Source of the DNA: Rhodocyclales bacterium
GTDB lineage: Bacteria > Pseudomonadota > Gammaproteobacteria > Burkholderiales > Rhodocyclaceae
Length of the DNA: 64,000 bases
Direction of reading: 5' to 3'
Assembly: GCA_026399475.1 (NCBI GenBank)
Contig: JAPLQY010000032.1
Location: forward strand, 149,817 to 213,816
Under the pieces are notes generated by a model. It worked only from the letters and a program-made list of their open reading frames with translations, was not told the DNA's origin and ran no database searches. The position numbers and the translations under genes are program-made. How positions within the stretch are numbered: the stretch's first letter is position 1; each line of letters starts with the position of its first letter. This document shows positions 30,704 to 42,898 of the stretch, piece by piece.

Positions 30704-30902
30704 TTATTCACAGAAATCCGTAAAGCACCGTAGTTTCCGCAAAATCACCGGGCTCGCGTACGGACAATCTATAACTAATTGTTTATTAACAATTTTATTT
30801 TGTTCAAATATTGCGCAGAGATTAAAATGGCCTTGCCGGACTGTTACTTAGGCGTTTCGCGGGGCGCTTACTCACAAAGTTATCCACAGAATTTGTGGGT
30901 AA
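30704..30902. promoter_or_regulatory. DnaA-box cluster with IHF-like site (DARS-like)
   Basis: TTATTCACA 30704, IHF-like 30772-30784 in an AT-rich tract, TTACTCACA 30868, TTATCCACA 30880, TGTGGGTAA 30894. Confidence 0.7.
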
Positions 30903-30984
30903 GGAATTTTCTCTTTTGCAGCAAGCGCTTGGGGGCCTATGTCAATATTTTCTCGAGCATTGGCCGGCAAGCATCTGAGCCGGC

Positions 30985-33071
<2,087 letters not shown>

Positions 33072-33075
<4 letters not shown>

Positions 33076-34253
33076 CGCTTCAGAAACCACAGCCAGCTTG
33101 CCACCTGCAGCGCCAGCAGACAGCCAAAAGTGACCTGGTAGGCCGCGCGCAACACGTATCCACTGGCCTGCAAGGCATCCACGCCGGCGCCAAAACCCCA
33201 CTGAATGCAGAAGGCGCCGACGAACACCATCAGGTTCAGCGCTGTGTTCACACGGCCGGCCAGCGCTGCGGCGTAGTGCCTCTGCAGCAACGCGTAAGCG
33301 AGATTGCCGACCGAGAAGGTCAGGCCCAGTATGAACCAGAGCGGTTCGCTGGGCCCGACGCCGAGGACGACGAGCAGGGTGGCGAAAAGTGCCAGCCCCA
33401 TGCCTGCTTGCAGCAGTCGCTGGGGGCCGATGCCGCGCGCGGTCAGCGGCGCGACGCCGAAGGCGATGGCGAGAAAACCCGTCAGCATGCCGCTGCCCAT
33501 CAGCAGCAGATGGTGGGCCGCCGCGCCGCGCTCGAGGCCCGAGAAGTTCATCAGCCAGGGCACTGCCCAGAGTCCCTGCAGCGCCAGAAAGCCGCCGATG
33601 ATCAGCGTGGATTGCGGCGCATAGCGCCAGAAGACGCGGCTGGCCAATACTTCGACGAGGCCGGCAATCTGTTTGCGCAGTGGTTCGGCCTGGGCGCTGG
33701 CTTGCTTGTCCGGCGTACTGAAAATGCCGGCGGCGGTAACGACGCCGGCCACCGCCAGTGCGACAAACACCGCACGCCAGCCGAATTGCGGAATCGCCCA
33801 GGACAGCGGCGTCGATGCCGTCAAGGCACCCAGGCCACCCGCCGCCATGATGGCGGCATTGAGCGAAGCCTGGCGTTCGACGCCGAACCACTGGCTGAAG
33901 GACTTGAACGATGCCATCAGGCAGGCCGAGACGCCGAGCCCGATCAGCGCCCGCGCTATCGCCAGTTCGGTCAGCGAGTGGCCGGCGGAGAACAGCGCGC
34001 AGCCGGCAGCGGCGATCAGCAGCAGGAAAGCTTCGACGCGGCGTGCGCCGTAGCGGTCCAGCGCCAGTCCCAGCGGCAGCTGCACCGCGCCGAAGGCGAG
34101 CAGATAGGCGCTGGTCAGGAGGCCCAGATCGGCAGCCGAGACACCCAGCTCGCGTGTCAGTTCCGGGGCGATCACGGCATTGACGTTGCGCAGGAAATAA
34201 GAGAAGTAATAGCCCGCGGCGAAGGGCAGAAACACGCGCAGCCACAGATTCAT
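33072..34253 (-). CDS. MFS transporter
   Basis: Multiple TM segments, GLALDRYGARR motif A. Confidence 0.88.
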
Positions 34254-34927
34254 GCGGCGCCCCCCGGGTTGTTGTTGCGCAGCCACTCGGCGCGCTGCGT
34301 CAGCTTGCCCACCCACTGCGCATCGAGCCCGCTGGCATCGGCCAGCCGGTTTAGTGCTTTGATTGACGGACGCGGCTCGCGGTTGACGCGCAGGAACTCG
34401 GCGAGCGACACCGCGTCAGCGGGACGCTCGACGTGTTCGAGCCAGTCGCCTGGCGCAATTTCTCCGGTTTCCAGCACGCGGTAGTACCAGCCGGCCAGGC
34501 CGTGTTCGGCAATGAAAGCCGCCACGCCCTCGGAGGCCGCGCGGTGGTCTATCTTCCAGCAGGGCGTGCGCGGCTGCGATACCTGGATGCGGGCGCCGCC
34601 CAGGCGGAACACGTCGCCGATGCAGACATCATTCTCGGTAAGGCCATGCGTCGAAATGTTTTCACCGAGGCCGCCGGGCACCAGGTGTTGCGCAGCCGGG
34701 AAGGCCGTCGCCAGTCGCGCGTAGTGTTCGGCCGGATACTGGTGCAGGGCCTTGCCGCCACCGCCATGGGCACGGCGATCGGCCTGCGTGTCTCCGCTGA
34801 GACCTTCCGCCGTCAGCAGGCAGCGGCCGGCCACGGGCGTCTTGACGATGGCGCTGCTGCGACTGTCACCCGCGAGCAGGGCGACCTGGCCGATATACAG
34901 TCCGTCCACCGCGATCCGCGGGTTCAT
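34250..34927 (-). CDS. MOSC domain protein (YiiM-like)
   Basis: GDTQADRRAHGG, GENIS, SQPRTPCWK, GWYYRV. Confidence 0.88.
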   Translation of the reverse strand: MNPRIAVDGLYIGQVALLAGDSRSSAIVKTPVAGRCLLTAEGLSGDTQADRRAHGGGGKALHQYPAEHYARLATAFPAAQHLVPGGLGENISTHGLTENDVCIGDVFRLGGARIQVSQPRTPCWKIDHRAASEGVAAFIAEHGLAGWYYRVLETGEIAPGDWLEHVERPADAVSLAEFLRVNREPRPSIKALNRLADASGLDAQWVGKLTQRAEWLRNNNPGGAA

Positions 34928-35913
34928 GGCCACAGCCAGGCGGCACCGCGCACACCGGAAGAATCGCCATGCCGATGCTTGAGCAGCTTCGTTGCGACCT
35001 GATCGGAGAAGACATGTTCGGCCCACAGCCGCGGCACATTTGCATAGAGGCGGTCCATGTTCGACAGCCCGCCGCCGAGCACGATCACGTCGGGATCGAG
35101 GATGTTGATCACCTGCGCCAGGGCGCGTGCCAGACGCGCTTCGTAGCGTTGCAGGGTGGCTTCGCAGGCTGCGTCTCCCGCAGCGGCGTGGTGCGCGATT
35201 TCTCCGGCTGACAAACCCGTAGCTGTGGCCAGGCGATGATCGCCAGCGAGGCCGGGTCCGGAGAGATAAAGCTCGATACAGCCCTTGCGCCCGCAATAGC
35301 AGGTCGGTGCGTCGCCGCCGGGCCGCCCCAAGGCGGCGCCTCCAAATCCATCGGAGCCGCAACGCGGCGAACCAGGGTCACCCCCTTCCGCGGGAAGGGG
35401 GTTGGGGGGATGGCTGTAAATCCATTCGCCCGGCATCGGGTTATGCCCCCACTCACCGGCGATGGCATTGGCGCCGGTCAGGAGCTTGCCGTCGATGACG
35501 ATACCGCCGCCGACGCCCGTGCCGAGAATCACGCCGAACACGATCTTCGCGCCGGAGCCCGCACCATCGACCGCTTCGGACAGGGCAAAGCAGTTGGCAT
35601 CGTTGGCAATGCGAACCTCGCGTTGCAAAAGTTCCTGCAGGTCTTGCCTGAGCGGCTGGCCGATCAGGCAGGTCGAGTTGGCGTTCTTGATCAGTCCGCT
35701 GGCAAGCGATTCCGCGCCGGGGATGCCGATGCCCACCGCGCCGCAAACGCCGGTTTTCTGTTCCGCCGCCTCGACCAGAGCCACCACCGCCATGACCGTA
35801 GCCATGTAGTCGCCCTGCGGAGTCGCCACGCGCTCGCGCAGCAGCACCTGACCATCGTCGCCCAAAGCGATGATTTCAATCTTGCTGCCACCAAGGTCCA
35901 CGCCGATGCGCAT
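34924..35913 (-). CDS. mak: ROK family sugar kinase (Mak-like), contains an in-frame repeat insert
   Basis: GVDLGG, ANDANC, GTGVGGG, GEWGH..CYCG..GCIE, HGDSSGVRGAA. Confidence 0.85.
   Translation of the reverse strand: MRIGVDLGGSKIEIIALGDDGQVLLRERVATPQGDYMATVMAVVALVEAAEQKTGVCGAVGIGIPGAESLASGLIKNANSTCLIGQPLRQDLQELLQREVRIANDANCFALSEAVDGAGSGAKIVFGVILGTGVGGGIVIDGKLLTGANAIAGEWGHNPMPGEWIYSHPPNPLPAEGGDPGSPRCGSDGFGGAALGRPGGDAPTCYCGRKGCIELYLSGPGLAGDHRLATATGLSAGEIAHHAAAGDAACEATLQRYEARLARALAQVINILDPDVIVLGGGLSNMDRLYANVPRLWAEHVFSDQVATKLLKHRHGDSSGVRGAAWLWP
35314..35413 (-). repeat. Family A palindromic element, in-frame in the ROK kinase
   Basis: Encodes HPPNPLPAEGGDPGSPRCGSDGFGGAALGRPGG. Confidence 0.88.
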
Positions 35914-35929
35914 CAATAGCCGCCCCTGA

Positions 35930-37953
35930 TCATCTGCCGAACAAGCCCTTGAGTTTGTCTTTCGCCTTGTCTTCGAGCTTGGCCTTGATCTCTTCTTTCT
36001 TCTCTTCGACCTTGGCCTTGGCGACGTCTGCAACAAGGCTGCCGAACTCGATCTTGTAGGCAAGATTCTCGAAGGGTCCGGTGACGCGCACCGGCACGGT
36101 GAGTCCCTTCAGCTGGTCGAGGCCCTGCCCGCCCTGTCCGGCGCTGGTGGCGACCACGCTGGCCTTGGCCAGGTAGTTCATCTGGCCGCCGCCGATGTCG
36201 ATATCGCCGGCCCCGGAGATTCGCAGGAAGGGCGACTTCATCGCGAGGTCTTCATTATGGGCGACGCCGTTGGCGATCTTGAGCGAGGCGGTGAGTTCCG
36301 AAAAGTCCGTCTTGTCGCCGGCTTTCGCCTGCTGCGTCGAGTCTTGTTTTGCTCCGAGCTTGCCCTTGAGATCGCGCAGGCTCTGCGCCAGATTGATGCC
36401 CTTGATCGCCCCGTCCTTCAGGCTCAGCGAGCCGCTGCCGGCCAGCGCCTTCTTCATCGCCGTGACGCTGTCGCCGTGACTGGTGATGTCGAGCACCACG
36501 TTGCCCCGCCCTTCAACCAGATCCTTGTCGGCAAGGTCCTTCATCAACGGGTTGATGCTAATGCCGGCCAGGTTCTGCCTGACGGCGACGCTGTTGCTCG
36601 CCGCGTTCAGCGACAGGCTGCCATTGGCTGCGCCCTCGTAGAGGTTCAGCGTCAGCGGCGCAATATCGAGACGCCCGCCGGCGATGTTGATTTTCGCATT
36701 CAGTTTGGCGAGTTTCAATTTTGACACCTGCAATGATCCGATGCGGACCGCACCATTCACGTCCAGCCCCTTGAGCGTCGAGAAATCCAGCTTGCCCTCC
36801 GCGGCAGCCTTGTCCTCGGCATTTTTCGGCGGCAGGTATTTGTCGACATTGAGCTGGTCGATGTCGAGATCGAAGCCCAGCGCCAGCGGCGCAAACTTTG
36901 CCACCCTGAGCTTCGTGGCAATCTTCGATTCGTCGAACTGGGTCGCAAGCTCCAGCGCCACGGTCTGATGCGCCATATCGGCGCGCAGATTGCCGGCGAG
37001 CGGCAGCTTGAGCTGTTTCATCGGCATCTGCGGATGTGCGAGGTCGATACTGCCGGTGATCTTCTCCAGCGCCACGGTTTGCGCCGCGAGGTTCGCCGCC
37101 ACGGGTGAATCGAGGTGGGCCTTGAGCGCGGTTTCACCGGACTTGGCATCGACATCCAGCGCCAGCTTGCCGATCTTCAAGGCTTGTGCATTGCCCTCAA
37201 CGCCGGACAGCACCAGCCTGGCCGCTACATTGCGGCTGCCGCCTGCCAGTGTCGCGGAGAGGCTCAGCGAATCTCCGCCGGCTTTCTCGGGCGAAATGGT
37301 GATCTTCGGCGCTTCGAGCTTCAGCTCGAAAGCGTCGGCCCCGCTCTTGCCTTTGGCGGCGAGGGACAAGGCGGCGACCATCAGGGTTTGCTTGCCGCTG
37401 TCGACCTGTACTCGCCCAGTGCCGAGATCGAGATTGGACAGCGCGGTGGTGCTGCCGCTCTTCTCGTCGCGCCAGATGAATTGCGCATTCGCCACCTTGA
37501 TACCGGCAATGTCGATCTGCAGCGGCGCTCCCGGCTTGCTTCCTGTGTCGCCCTTTGGCTTTTCGCCGCCGCCGAGCAGGTCGGCGATGTTCAGCGTGCC
37601 ATCCTTCTTCTTGACCAGCGTCGCCTTGAGTCCATCGATCTCGACGCGCTGCACCTCGACAGCAGCGGCATTACGGCCACCGCTACCCGCGCCGATTCGA
37701 GAGCGAGAAACTCGCCTTGGCCGCCCGGTTCCGACAAACTCAGGCGGCCGACTTTGATGCCGACGTCGGGCCATACCGAGAGTTCGAGCTTGCCCGCGAT
37801 ATCCAGCTTGCGCTGTTTCTGCTCGAGCACGACGCGGCTCAGTTCGCCCTTGATTTTTTCGCCGTCGAACAGCGCGTACAGTGCGCCGATGCCGGCCGCG
37901 AGCAGGGCAAGAACAAGGCCAATGACGATGCCAAGGATGCGAAGTGCCTTCAT
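35930..37953 (-). pseudogene. AsmA family protein, frameshifted near 37655-37660
   Basis: N-terminus MKALRILG..VAVMPLLS in one frame; the remainder (VEVQRVEIDG..GAIKGINL..TDFSEL) in another. Confidence 0.8.
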
Positions 37954-38017
37954 GAAATTTTCCTGTTCCGGCGAAATGGGATAGATTGCCCAGATTATCA
38001 GACCAGGGAGCTTCCAC

Positions 38018-38590
38018 ATGAAATACAAATTGAGTTTTGTCCTGACGCTGGCCTCAACGCTGGCCTTCGCCCAGCAAGGCAGCATCGGTGCAGTCAAGGC
38101 CGACCCGAATCCGGCGCGCGCCGGGCAGGAAGTGAAGATCACCATTGCGGCGGAGGGCGAAGCCCCGAGCTTTTGCGGCATGGTGGTGCATTTCGATGAC
38201 GGCAGCGAGTCGCGCAACGTCAAGATCGACAGCAACGAGGCGAAGTTCCCCGTCACCATTGCCAAGACCTATGCCAAGGCGGGCACCTACAGCATCAAGG
38301 CGGAAGGGCGGAAGATCACCAGCCATTTCCCGTGCATGGGCACGGCAACAGCCAAGCTGGTCGTCGAGGCACCGCCGGCAGCGGCACAGCCGGCCGTCGC
38401 GGGGCCGGCCTGTCCGGAGGGCTACAAGCTGATCGGCAAGACAGGCAAGGCGGGCGACTTCTCCTGCAAGGGCGGCAAGGGCGCCACTGCGCCGGAAAAA
38501 GCGCTGGCCTGCGCTGACGGGCTTGAATACTTTGCCAATGAAAAGGTGAAGCAGGTCGGCTGCCGCAAGGCGAAGCCGAAAAAGAAGTAA
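38018..38590 (+). CDS. Secreted protein with PKD/Ig-like region and Cys-rich C-terminus
   Basis: Signal peptide ..LAFAQ, VHFDDGS..TYAKAGTYSI, CPEGY..C..C..C; GGAG RBS. Confidence 0.65.
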   Translation: MKYKLSFVLTLASTLAFAQQGSIGAVKADPNPARAGQEVKITIAAEGEAPSFCGMVVHFDDGSESRNVKIDSNEAKFPVTIAKTYAKAGTYSIKAEGRKITSHFPCMGTATAKLVVEAPPAAAQPAVAGPACPEGYKLIGKTGKAGDFSCKGGKGATAPEKALACADGLEYFANEKVKQVGCRKAKPKKK

Positions 38591-38594
38591 GCGC

Positions 38595-38849
38595 GTGAAG
38601 ACCCATCGCACACCGACACCGGTGCGCTCGCCCTGCGTCAAGGTGTGCGAGATGGACGAGGCCTCCCGGCTTTGCCGTGGCTGCTGCCGCACGCAGGAAG
38701 AGCGCGACTGGTGGGTGGCCTATACGGACGAGCAGCAAAGGGAAGTGCTGCGGCGCTGCGAACAGCGCAGCGCCGTCCTGGCTGACGGGACGGGTGAGCT
38801 GGCGCCCAGCATGGGCATCGTCGAGTCGCGACGCAAGAGCCAGGTCTGA
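38595..38849 (+). CDS. DUF1289 family protein
   Basis: SPCVKVC..CRGCCRT.EE..W. Confidence 0.8.
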   Translation: MKTHRTPTPVRSPCVKVCEMDEASRLCRGCCRTQEERDWWVAYTDEQQREVLRRCEQRSAVLADGTGELAPSMGIVESRRKSQV

Positions 38850-38850
38850 C

Positions 38851-38880
38851 GCCGGGGCTTCGCCCCCGGCTTTCCTTTTT
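38851..38880 (+). terminator. Intrinsic terminator
   Basis: GCCGGGG-CTTCGC-CCCCGGC followed by TTTCCTTTTT. Confidence 0.75.
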
Positions 38881-38912
38881 GACGCCGCGTTCGCGATGCC
38901 AAAAAACAATAC

Positions 38913-38940
38913 TTGTAATTACAATTATTGCAGGTACAAT
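38913..38940 (+). promoter_or_regulatory. marR promoter with tandem palindromic operators
   Basis: TTGTAATTACAA and TTGCAGGTACAA overlapping TTGTAA (-35) and TACAAT (-10); ATG 6 nt downstream. Confidence 0.65.
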
Positions 38941-38946
38941 GGTTGC

Positions 38947-39399
38947 ATGAATTCTGCGACCGTCGCCCCCAAGGGCTGCACCAACTTCAAGACCCGTCAG
39001 CTGTCCCGGCTGCTGTCGCGGCATTACGATGCCGAGCTGGCCAAGGTCGGGCTCAAGACCACCCAGTACTCGCTGCTCACCCACGTCCTGCGCCTCGGTC
39101 CGCTTGCGCCCGGAGAACTGGCGCGGCACATGGGCCTCGATGCCTCGACCCTGACCCGCAACCTGCAGCCACTGCTGGCCTCCGGCTGGCTGCTGCAGGA
39201 GGCCGGCGCCGATGCGCGCAGCCGCTTCATCACGATTACCCCTGCCGGCCGCAACAAGCAGGCCGAAGCCCTTCGTCACTGGAAAACCGCACAACAGCGG
39301 ATCAATGCCGCGCTCGGGCTCGAGCGCGTTGCTTCACTTCACGCCCTGCTCGACGATTGCACCGCACAACTGCAGGCCGGCGCCGCGGATCAGCCCTAG
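38947..39399 (+). CDS. MarR family regulator
   Basis: GLKTTQYSLL, LDASTLTRNL, DARSR..ITPAG. Confidence 0.9.
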   Translation: MNSATVAPKGCTNFKTRQLSRLLSRHYDAELAKVGLKTTQYSLLTHVLRLGPLAPGELARHMGLDASTLTRNLQPLLASGWLLQEAGADARSRFITITPAGRNKQAEALRHWKTAQQRINAALGLERVASLHALLDDCTAQLQAGAADQP

Positions 39400-39419
39400 A
39401 CCCCACAAGGAGAACCTGC

Positions 39420-39878
39420 ATGAACCCCAGCGCAAGCCGTCAGGGCAGCCGCTACAGCGTGACCGAACTCGGCGCCATCGAAGCCTGGAAGGGCTACACG
39501 GCGGAGGTCGCTTCGCTGCCGGGCATCAAGGTTCCGGGCAAGTTTTTCCTGCACCCGGTACTGGGTTTGACCGGCATGGAGATTTCGGTGAACTGCCTGC
39601 CGGCGGGAGTCAAGGTGCCCTTCTATCACACGCACCGGATGCATGAGGAGCTCTATCTCTTCATCAAGGGCAATGGCCAGTTCCAGGTCGATGGCGACAT
39701 CATCGAGATTCGCGAAGGCACCACGCTGCGCGTCGCACCGGCCGGCGAGCGAACCTGGCGCAACAACTCGCAGGAAGATCTCTACTACATCGTTATCCAG
39801 GCGCCGGTTGGCGGCCTTGCCGCTGCGGGTACCGAGGACGGCGTGACGGTACAGCGCAAGGTCGTCTGGCCGGCATGA
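39420..39878 (+). CDS. Cupin domain protein
   Basis: PFYHTHRMHEELY..GNGQFQVDG. Confidence 0.85.
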   Translation: MNPSASRQGSRYSVTELGAIEAWKGYTAEVASLPGIKVPGKFFLHPVLGLTGMEISVNCLPAGVKVPFYHTHRMHEELYLFIKGNGQFQVDGDIIEIREGTTLRVAPAGERTWRNNSQEDLYYIVIQAPVGGLAAAGTEDGVTVQRKVVWPA

Positions 39879-41245
39879 ACACCCGTGCGGCGGGTGCGAC
39901 GGCAAGTCGCACCCGCGACCTGCTCCATGCACCGCTGCTGCCTACCCTGTTTCGCCTGGCGACGCCCAACGTCATCGGCCTGTTCGCCACCACCGTGGTG
40001 ATCGGCTACGACGGCTACATCCTCGGTCGCCTCGGCGCCGACGCACTGGCCGGGGTGGCTCTGGTATTCCCGCTATCGATGCTGATGCTGCAGATGTCGG
40101 CCGGCGGCATCGGCGGCGCAGTCACTGCCGCCGTGGCGCGCGCCCTGGGCGGCGGCCGTGGTGAGGAAGCCAATCGTCTGGCGCAGCAGGCGCTGCTGAT
40201 CGCCTGCGTCCTCGCCGCGCTGTTCATGCTGGCGATGCTCGGCCTCGGTCGTACGATCTACTCCGCCATGGGCGGCCGAGCCACGGCCCTGGATGCCGCG
40301 CTGGCCTATTCCACCGTGCTGTTCGGTGGCGCCCTGGTGATCTGGCTGTCCAACATCCTTGCCGCCATCGTGCGCGGCGCCGGCAACATGCTGCTGCCAT
40401 CGCTGATGCTGACCGGAACCGCCGCGGTGCATTTGCTGCTGTGCCCGCTGCTGGTGTTCGGCTGGGGGCCGCTGGCCGGCTTCGGTGTCGCCGGCGCCGC
40501 GCTCAGCAGCCTTTGCACCAGCGCCCTCGGAGGCGTCCTGCTGGCTGCCCATTTGTTTGGCGGCAAGGGTGCAGTGCAACTTCGCCGCGCAGGCTGGCAG
40601 TTGCGTCCGGACCTGCTGCGCGCCATCCTGCGCGTCGGCGCGCCGGCCTCGCTCAGCCCGGTGCTGAGCAATGGCTCGATCGCCGCTGCCACCGCCCTGA
40701 TCGGCAGTTACGGCACGGCAGCGCTGGCCGGCTACGGCGTGGCGGCGCGGCTCGAATACATCATGGTGCCAATCGCCTTCGGGTTCGGCACCGCGCTGAC
40801 CACGCTGGTCGCCACCAACATGGGCGCCGGCCAGCACGAGCGGGCGCTGCGCGCCACCTGGACCGGCGGTGGGGTGGTGGCCGCGATCACCGGCGCCATC
40901 GGCATCGTTGCGGCTATCGCGCCGGGTCTGTGGATGAACCACTTCAGCAGCGACCCCGCCGTGCTCGAGTTCGGCGCCGCTTACCTGCGCATCGCCGGCG
41001 CCTGCTACGGTCTGTTCGGTCTCGGCCTGGCTTTGTTCTTCGCTTCGCAGGGTGCCGGCCGCATGTTCTGGCCGCTCGCCGGCAGCGTTACCCGGCTGGC
41101 GGTGGTTGCGCTCGGCGGCTGGATCGCGGTGCATTTGCTGCAGGCGCCGGCCAGCACATTCTTTTTCATCATCGCGGCCGGCTTCACCGTGTATGCGCTG
41201 ACCATCGCCGCCGCCATCCGCTTCGGTAGCTGGGCTCAGCGCTAG
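39875..41245 (+). CDS. MATE family efflux transporter
   Basis: RLGADALAG, RGAGNM, YGTAALAGYG..RLE, NMGAG. Confidence 0.88.
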   Translation: MNTRAAGATASRTRDLLHAPLLPTLFRLATPNVIGLFATTVVIGYDGYILGRLGADALAGVALVFPLSMLMLQMSAGGIGGAVTAAVARALGGGRGEEANRLAQQALLIACVLAALFMLAMLGLGRTIYSAMGGRATALDAALAYSTVLFGGALVIWLSNILAAIVRGAGNMLLPSLMLTGTAAVHLLLCPLLVFGWGPLAGFGVAGAALSSLCTSALGGVLLAAHLFGGKGAVQLRRAGWQLRPDLLRAILRVGAPASLSPVLSNGSIAAATALIGSYGTAALAGYGVAARLEYIMVPIAFGFGTALTTLVATNMGAGQHERALRATWTGGGVVAAITGAIGIVAAIAPGLWMNHFSSDPAVLEFGAAYLRIAGACYGLFGLGLALFFASQGAGRMFWPLAGSVTRLAVVALGGWIAVHLLQAPASTFFFIIAAGFTVYALTIAAAIRFGSWAQR

Positions 41246-41466
41246 GCGCCCTCGCGTTCGGCAAGGCGGCGCAGGACCAGCGGAAAGGCGCCGGTCAGGA
41301 AGCAGGCCACGGCCGAGACGATCAGCGCCCAGCCTGCCATGTCGTCGTTGAACAGCGGATGGACGCCCCTGAGCATCCCGGCCAGCGCGCCGATGCCGGC
41401 CAGCAGACCGATGCCGCCGAGCGCGGTGAAGATGACGAAGGTCCAGGGCCAGTGATGGGGTTTCAT
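41242..41466 (-). CDS. Small two-TM hypothetical protein
   Basis: 74-aa ORF with two hydrophobic segments and typical codon usage. Confidence 0.55.
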   Translation of the reverse strand: MKPHHWPWTFVIFTALGGIGLLAGIGALAGMLRGVHPLFNDDMAGWALIVSAVACFLTGAFPLVLRRLAEREGA

Positions 41467-41621
41467 GGGCGGCGATATCGACAGGGTGTGACATTCTAGA
41501 GCGGGCACCGGCCGCAGGTCGTTTTGTGCGACAGCGCACGGAACATCGATCGACATTGCGCGTATTCTATTGATGCCCGTGCGACAGCACTGTTGCCGAC
41601 CACAGCAGCGAGCCCTGCACC

Positions 41622-42560
41622 ATGAAATTCAAGGACTATTACGAGATTCTCGGCGTTGCGCGCAGCGCGACGCAGGACGACGTCAAAAAGGCCTATCGCA
41701 AGCTGGCGCGCAAGTACCACCCGGATGTGAGCAAGGACCCTGATGCCGAGGCCCGCTTCAAGGAACTCGGCGAAGCCTATGCGGTACTGAAGGACCCGGA
41801 AAAGCGCACGGCCTACGACCAGATGGGCAGCCAGTGGAAGACCGGGCAGGACTTTCAGCCGCCGCCGGGTTGGGATGCCGGCTTCGAATTCAGCGGTCGC
41901 GATTTTGGCGCCGGACTGGGCGGCGATCATAGCGATTTCTTTGAAGCGCTGTTCGGCCGCCAGGCTGGCGCCGGGCAGCGTGGCCACGTGCATCCCCAGG
42001 GTCAGGACCATCACGCCAAGGTGCTGATCGATCTGGCCGATGCCTATCACGGCGCCCGGCGCAGCATTTCGCTGCGCATGCCGGGGCTGGATGCGCAGGG
42101 CCGCGTCACGGTGCAGGAGCGCAAGCTCGACGTCAGCATTCCCCAGGGCATCCGTGCCGGCCAGCATCTGCGTCTGGCCGGCCAGGGCGGCCCGGGCCTG
42201 GGCCAGGGAGCGGCGGGCGATCTGTATCTGGAAATCGCGTTCAACCTCCATCCGCACTTTCGTGCCGACGGCCGCGATGTCTATCTGGACCTGCCGCTGG
42301 CGCCCTGGGAAGCCGCGCTGGGCGCCGCGGTGACCGCACCGACGCCCGAGGGCCCGGTGCAGCTGACGATTCCCCCCGGCTCGGTAGCGGGCCGCCAGTT
42401 GCGCCTGAAAGGCCGCGGCATTCCGGGGTCGCCGCCGGGCGACCTGTACGTGGTGCTGACGATTGCCCTGCCGCCGGCCGACAGCGAGGCCGCGCAGGAG
42501 GCCTACCGGGCCATGGCCAAGGCCTTTGATTTCAACCCCAGAACACACCTCGAGGAATAA
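41622..42560 (+). CDS. cbpA: DnaJ-class co-chaperone CbpA
   Basis: J-domain HPD, no zinc finger, followed by cbpM. Confidence 0.9.
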   Translation: MKFKDYYEILGVARSATQDDVKKAYRKLARKYHPDVSKDPDAEARFKELGEAYAVLKDPEKRTAYDQMGSQWKTGQDFQPPPGWDAGFEFSGRDFGAGLGGDHSDFFEALFGRQAGAGQRGHVHPQGQDHHAKVLIDLADAYHGARRSISLRMPGLDAQGRVTVQERKLDVSIPQGIRAGQHLRLAGQGGPGLGQGAAGDLYLEIAFNLHPHFRADGRDVYLDLPLAPWEAALGAAVTAPTPEGPVQLTIPPGSVAGRQLRLKGRGIPGSPPGDLYVVLTIALPPADSEAAQEAYRAMAKAFDFNPRTHLEE

Positions 42561-42565
42561 GCGTC

Positions 42566-42883
42566 ATGAACCCGAGCAATATGACTTTTATTCAGGGGCC
42601 GGTGGTCGAAGAGGAAGTCCACCTGACACTGGTCGAACTATGTCAGGCCTGCAGCGCCGAGCAGGAGCACGTGACGGCCTGGGTTTTCGAGGGCGTGCTG
42701 GACCCCGTCGGCGAGTCGCCGCAGGACTGGCGCTTCGGCGGTGAGTCACTGCGCCGCGCGCGTCTGGCGCTACGGCTGTCGCGCGACCTGGAAATCAATC
42801 CACCCGGTGTCGCGCTGGCGCTCGATCTGCTCGATGAAATTGCCGCGCTGCGGGCGCGACTGCAACGCAGCGGAGTCCGCTAG
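42566..42883 (+). CDS. cbpM: Chaperone modulator CbpM
   Basis: RLSRDLEINPPGVALALDLLDEI. Confidence 0.9.
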   Translation: MNPSNMTFIQGPVVEEEVHLTLVELCQACSAEQEHVTAWVFEGVLDPVGESPQDWRFGGESLRRARLALRLSRDLEINPPGVALALDLLDEIAALRARLQRSGVR

Positions 42884-42898
42884 GCAGCGCTTCGCTCC

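Noticed and set aside
30602-30984. Firm call of oriC
   Set aside because: Only four boxes and no dnaA, gidA or parAB in the window; kept as an alternative to the DARS-like interpretation.
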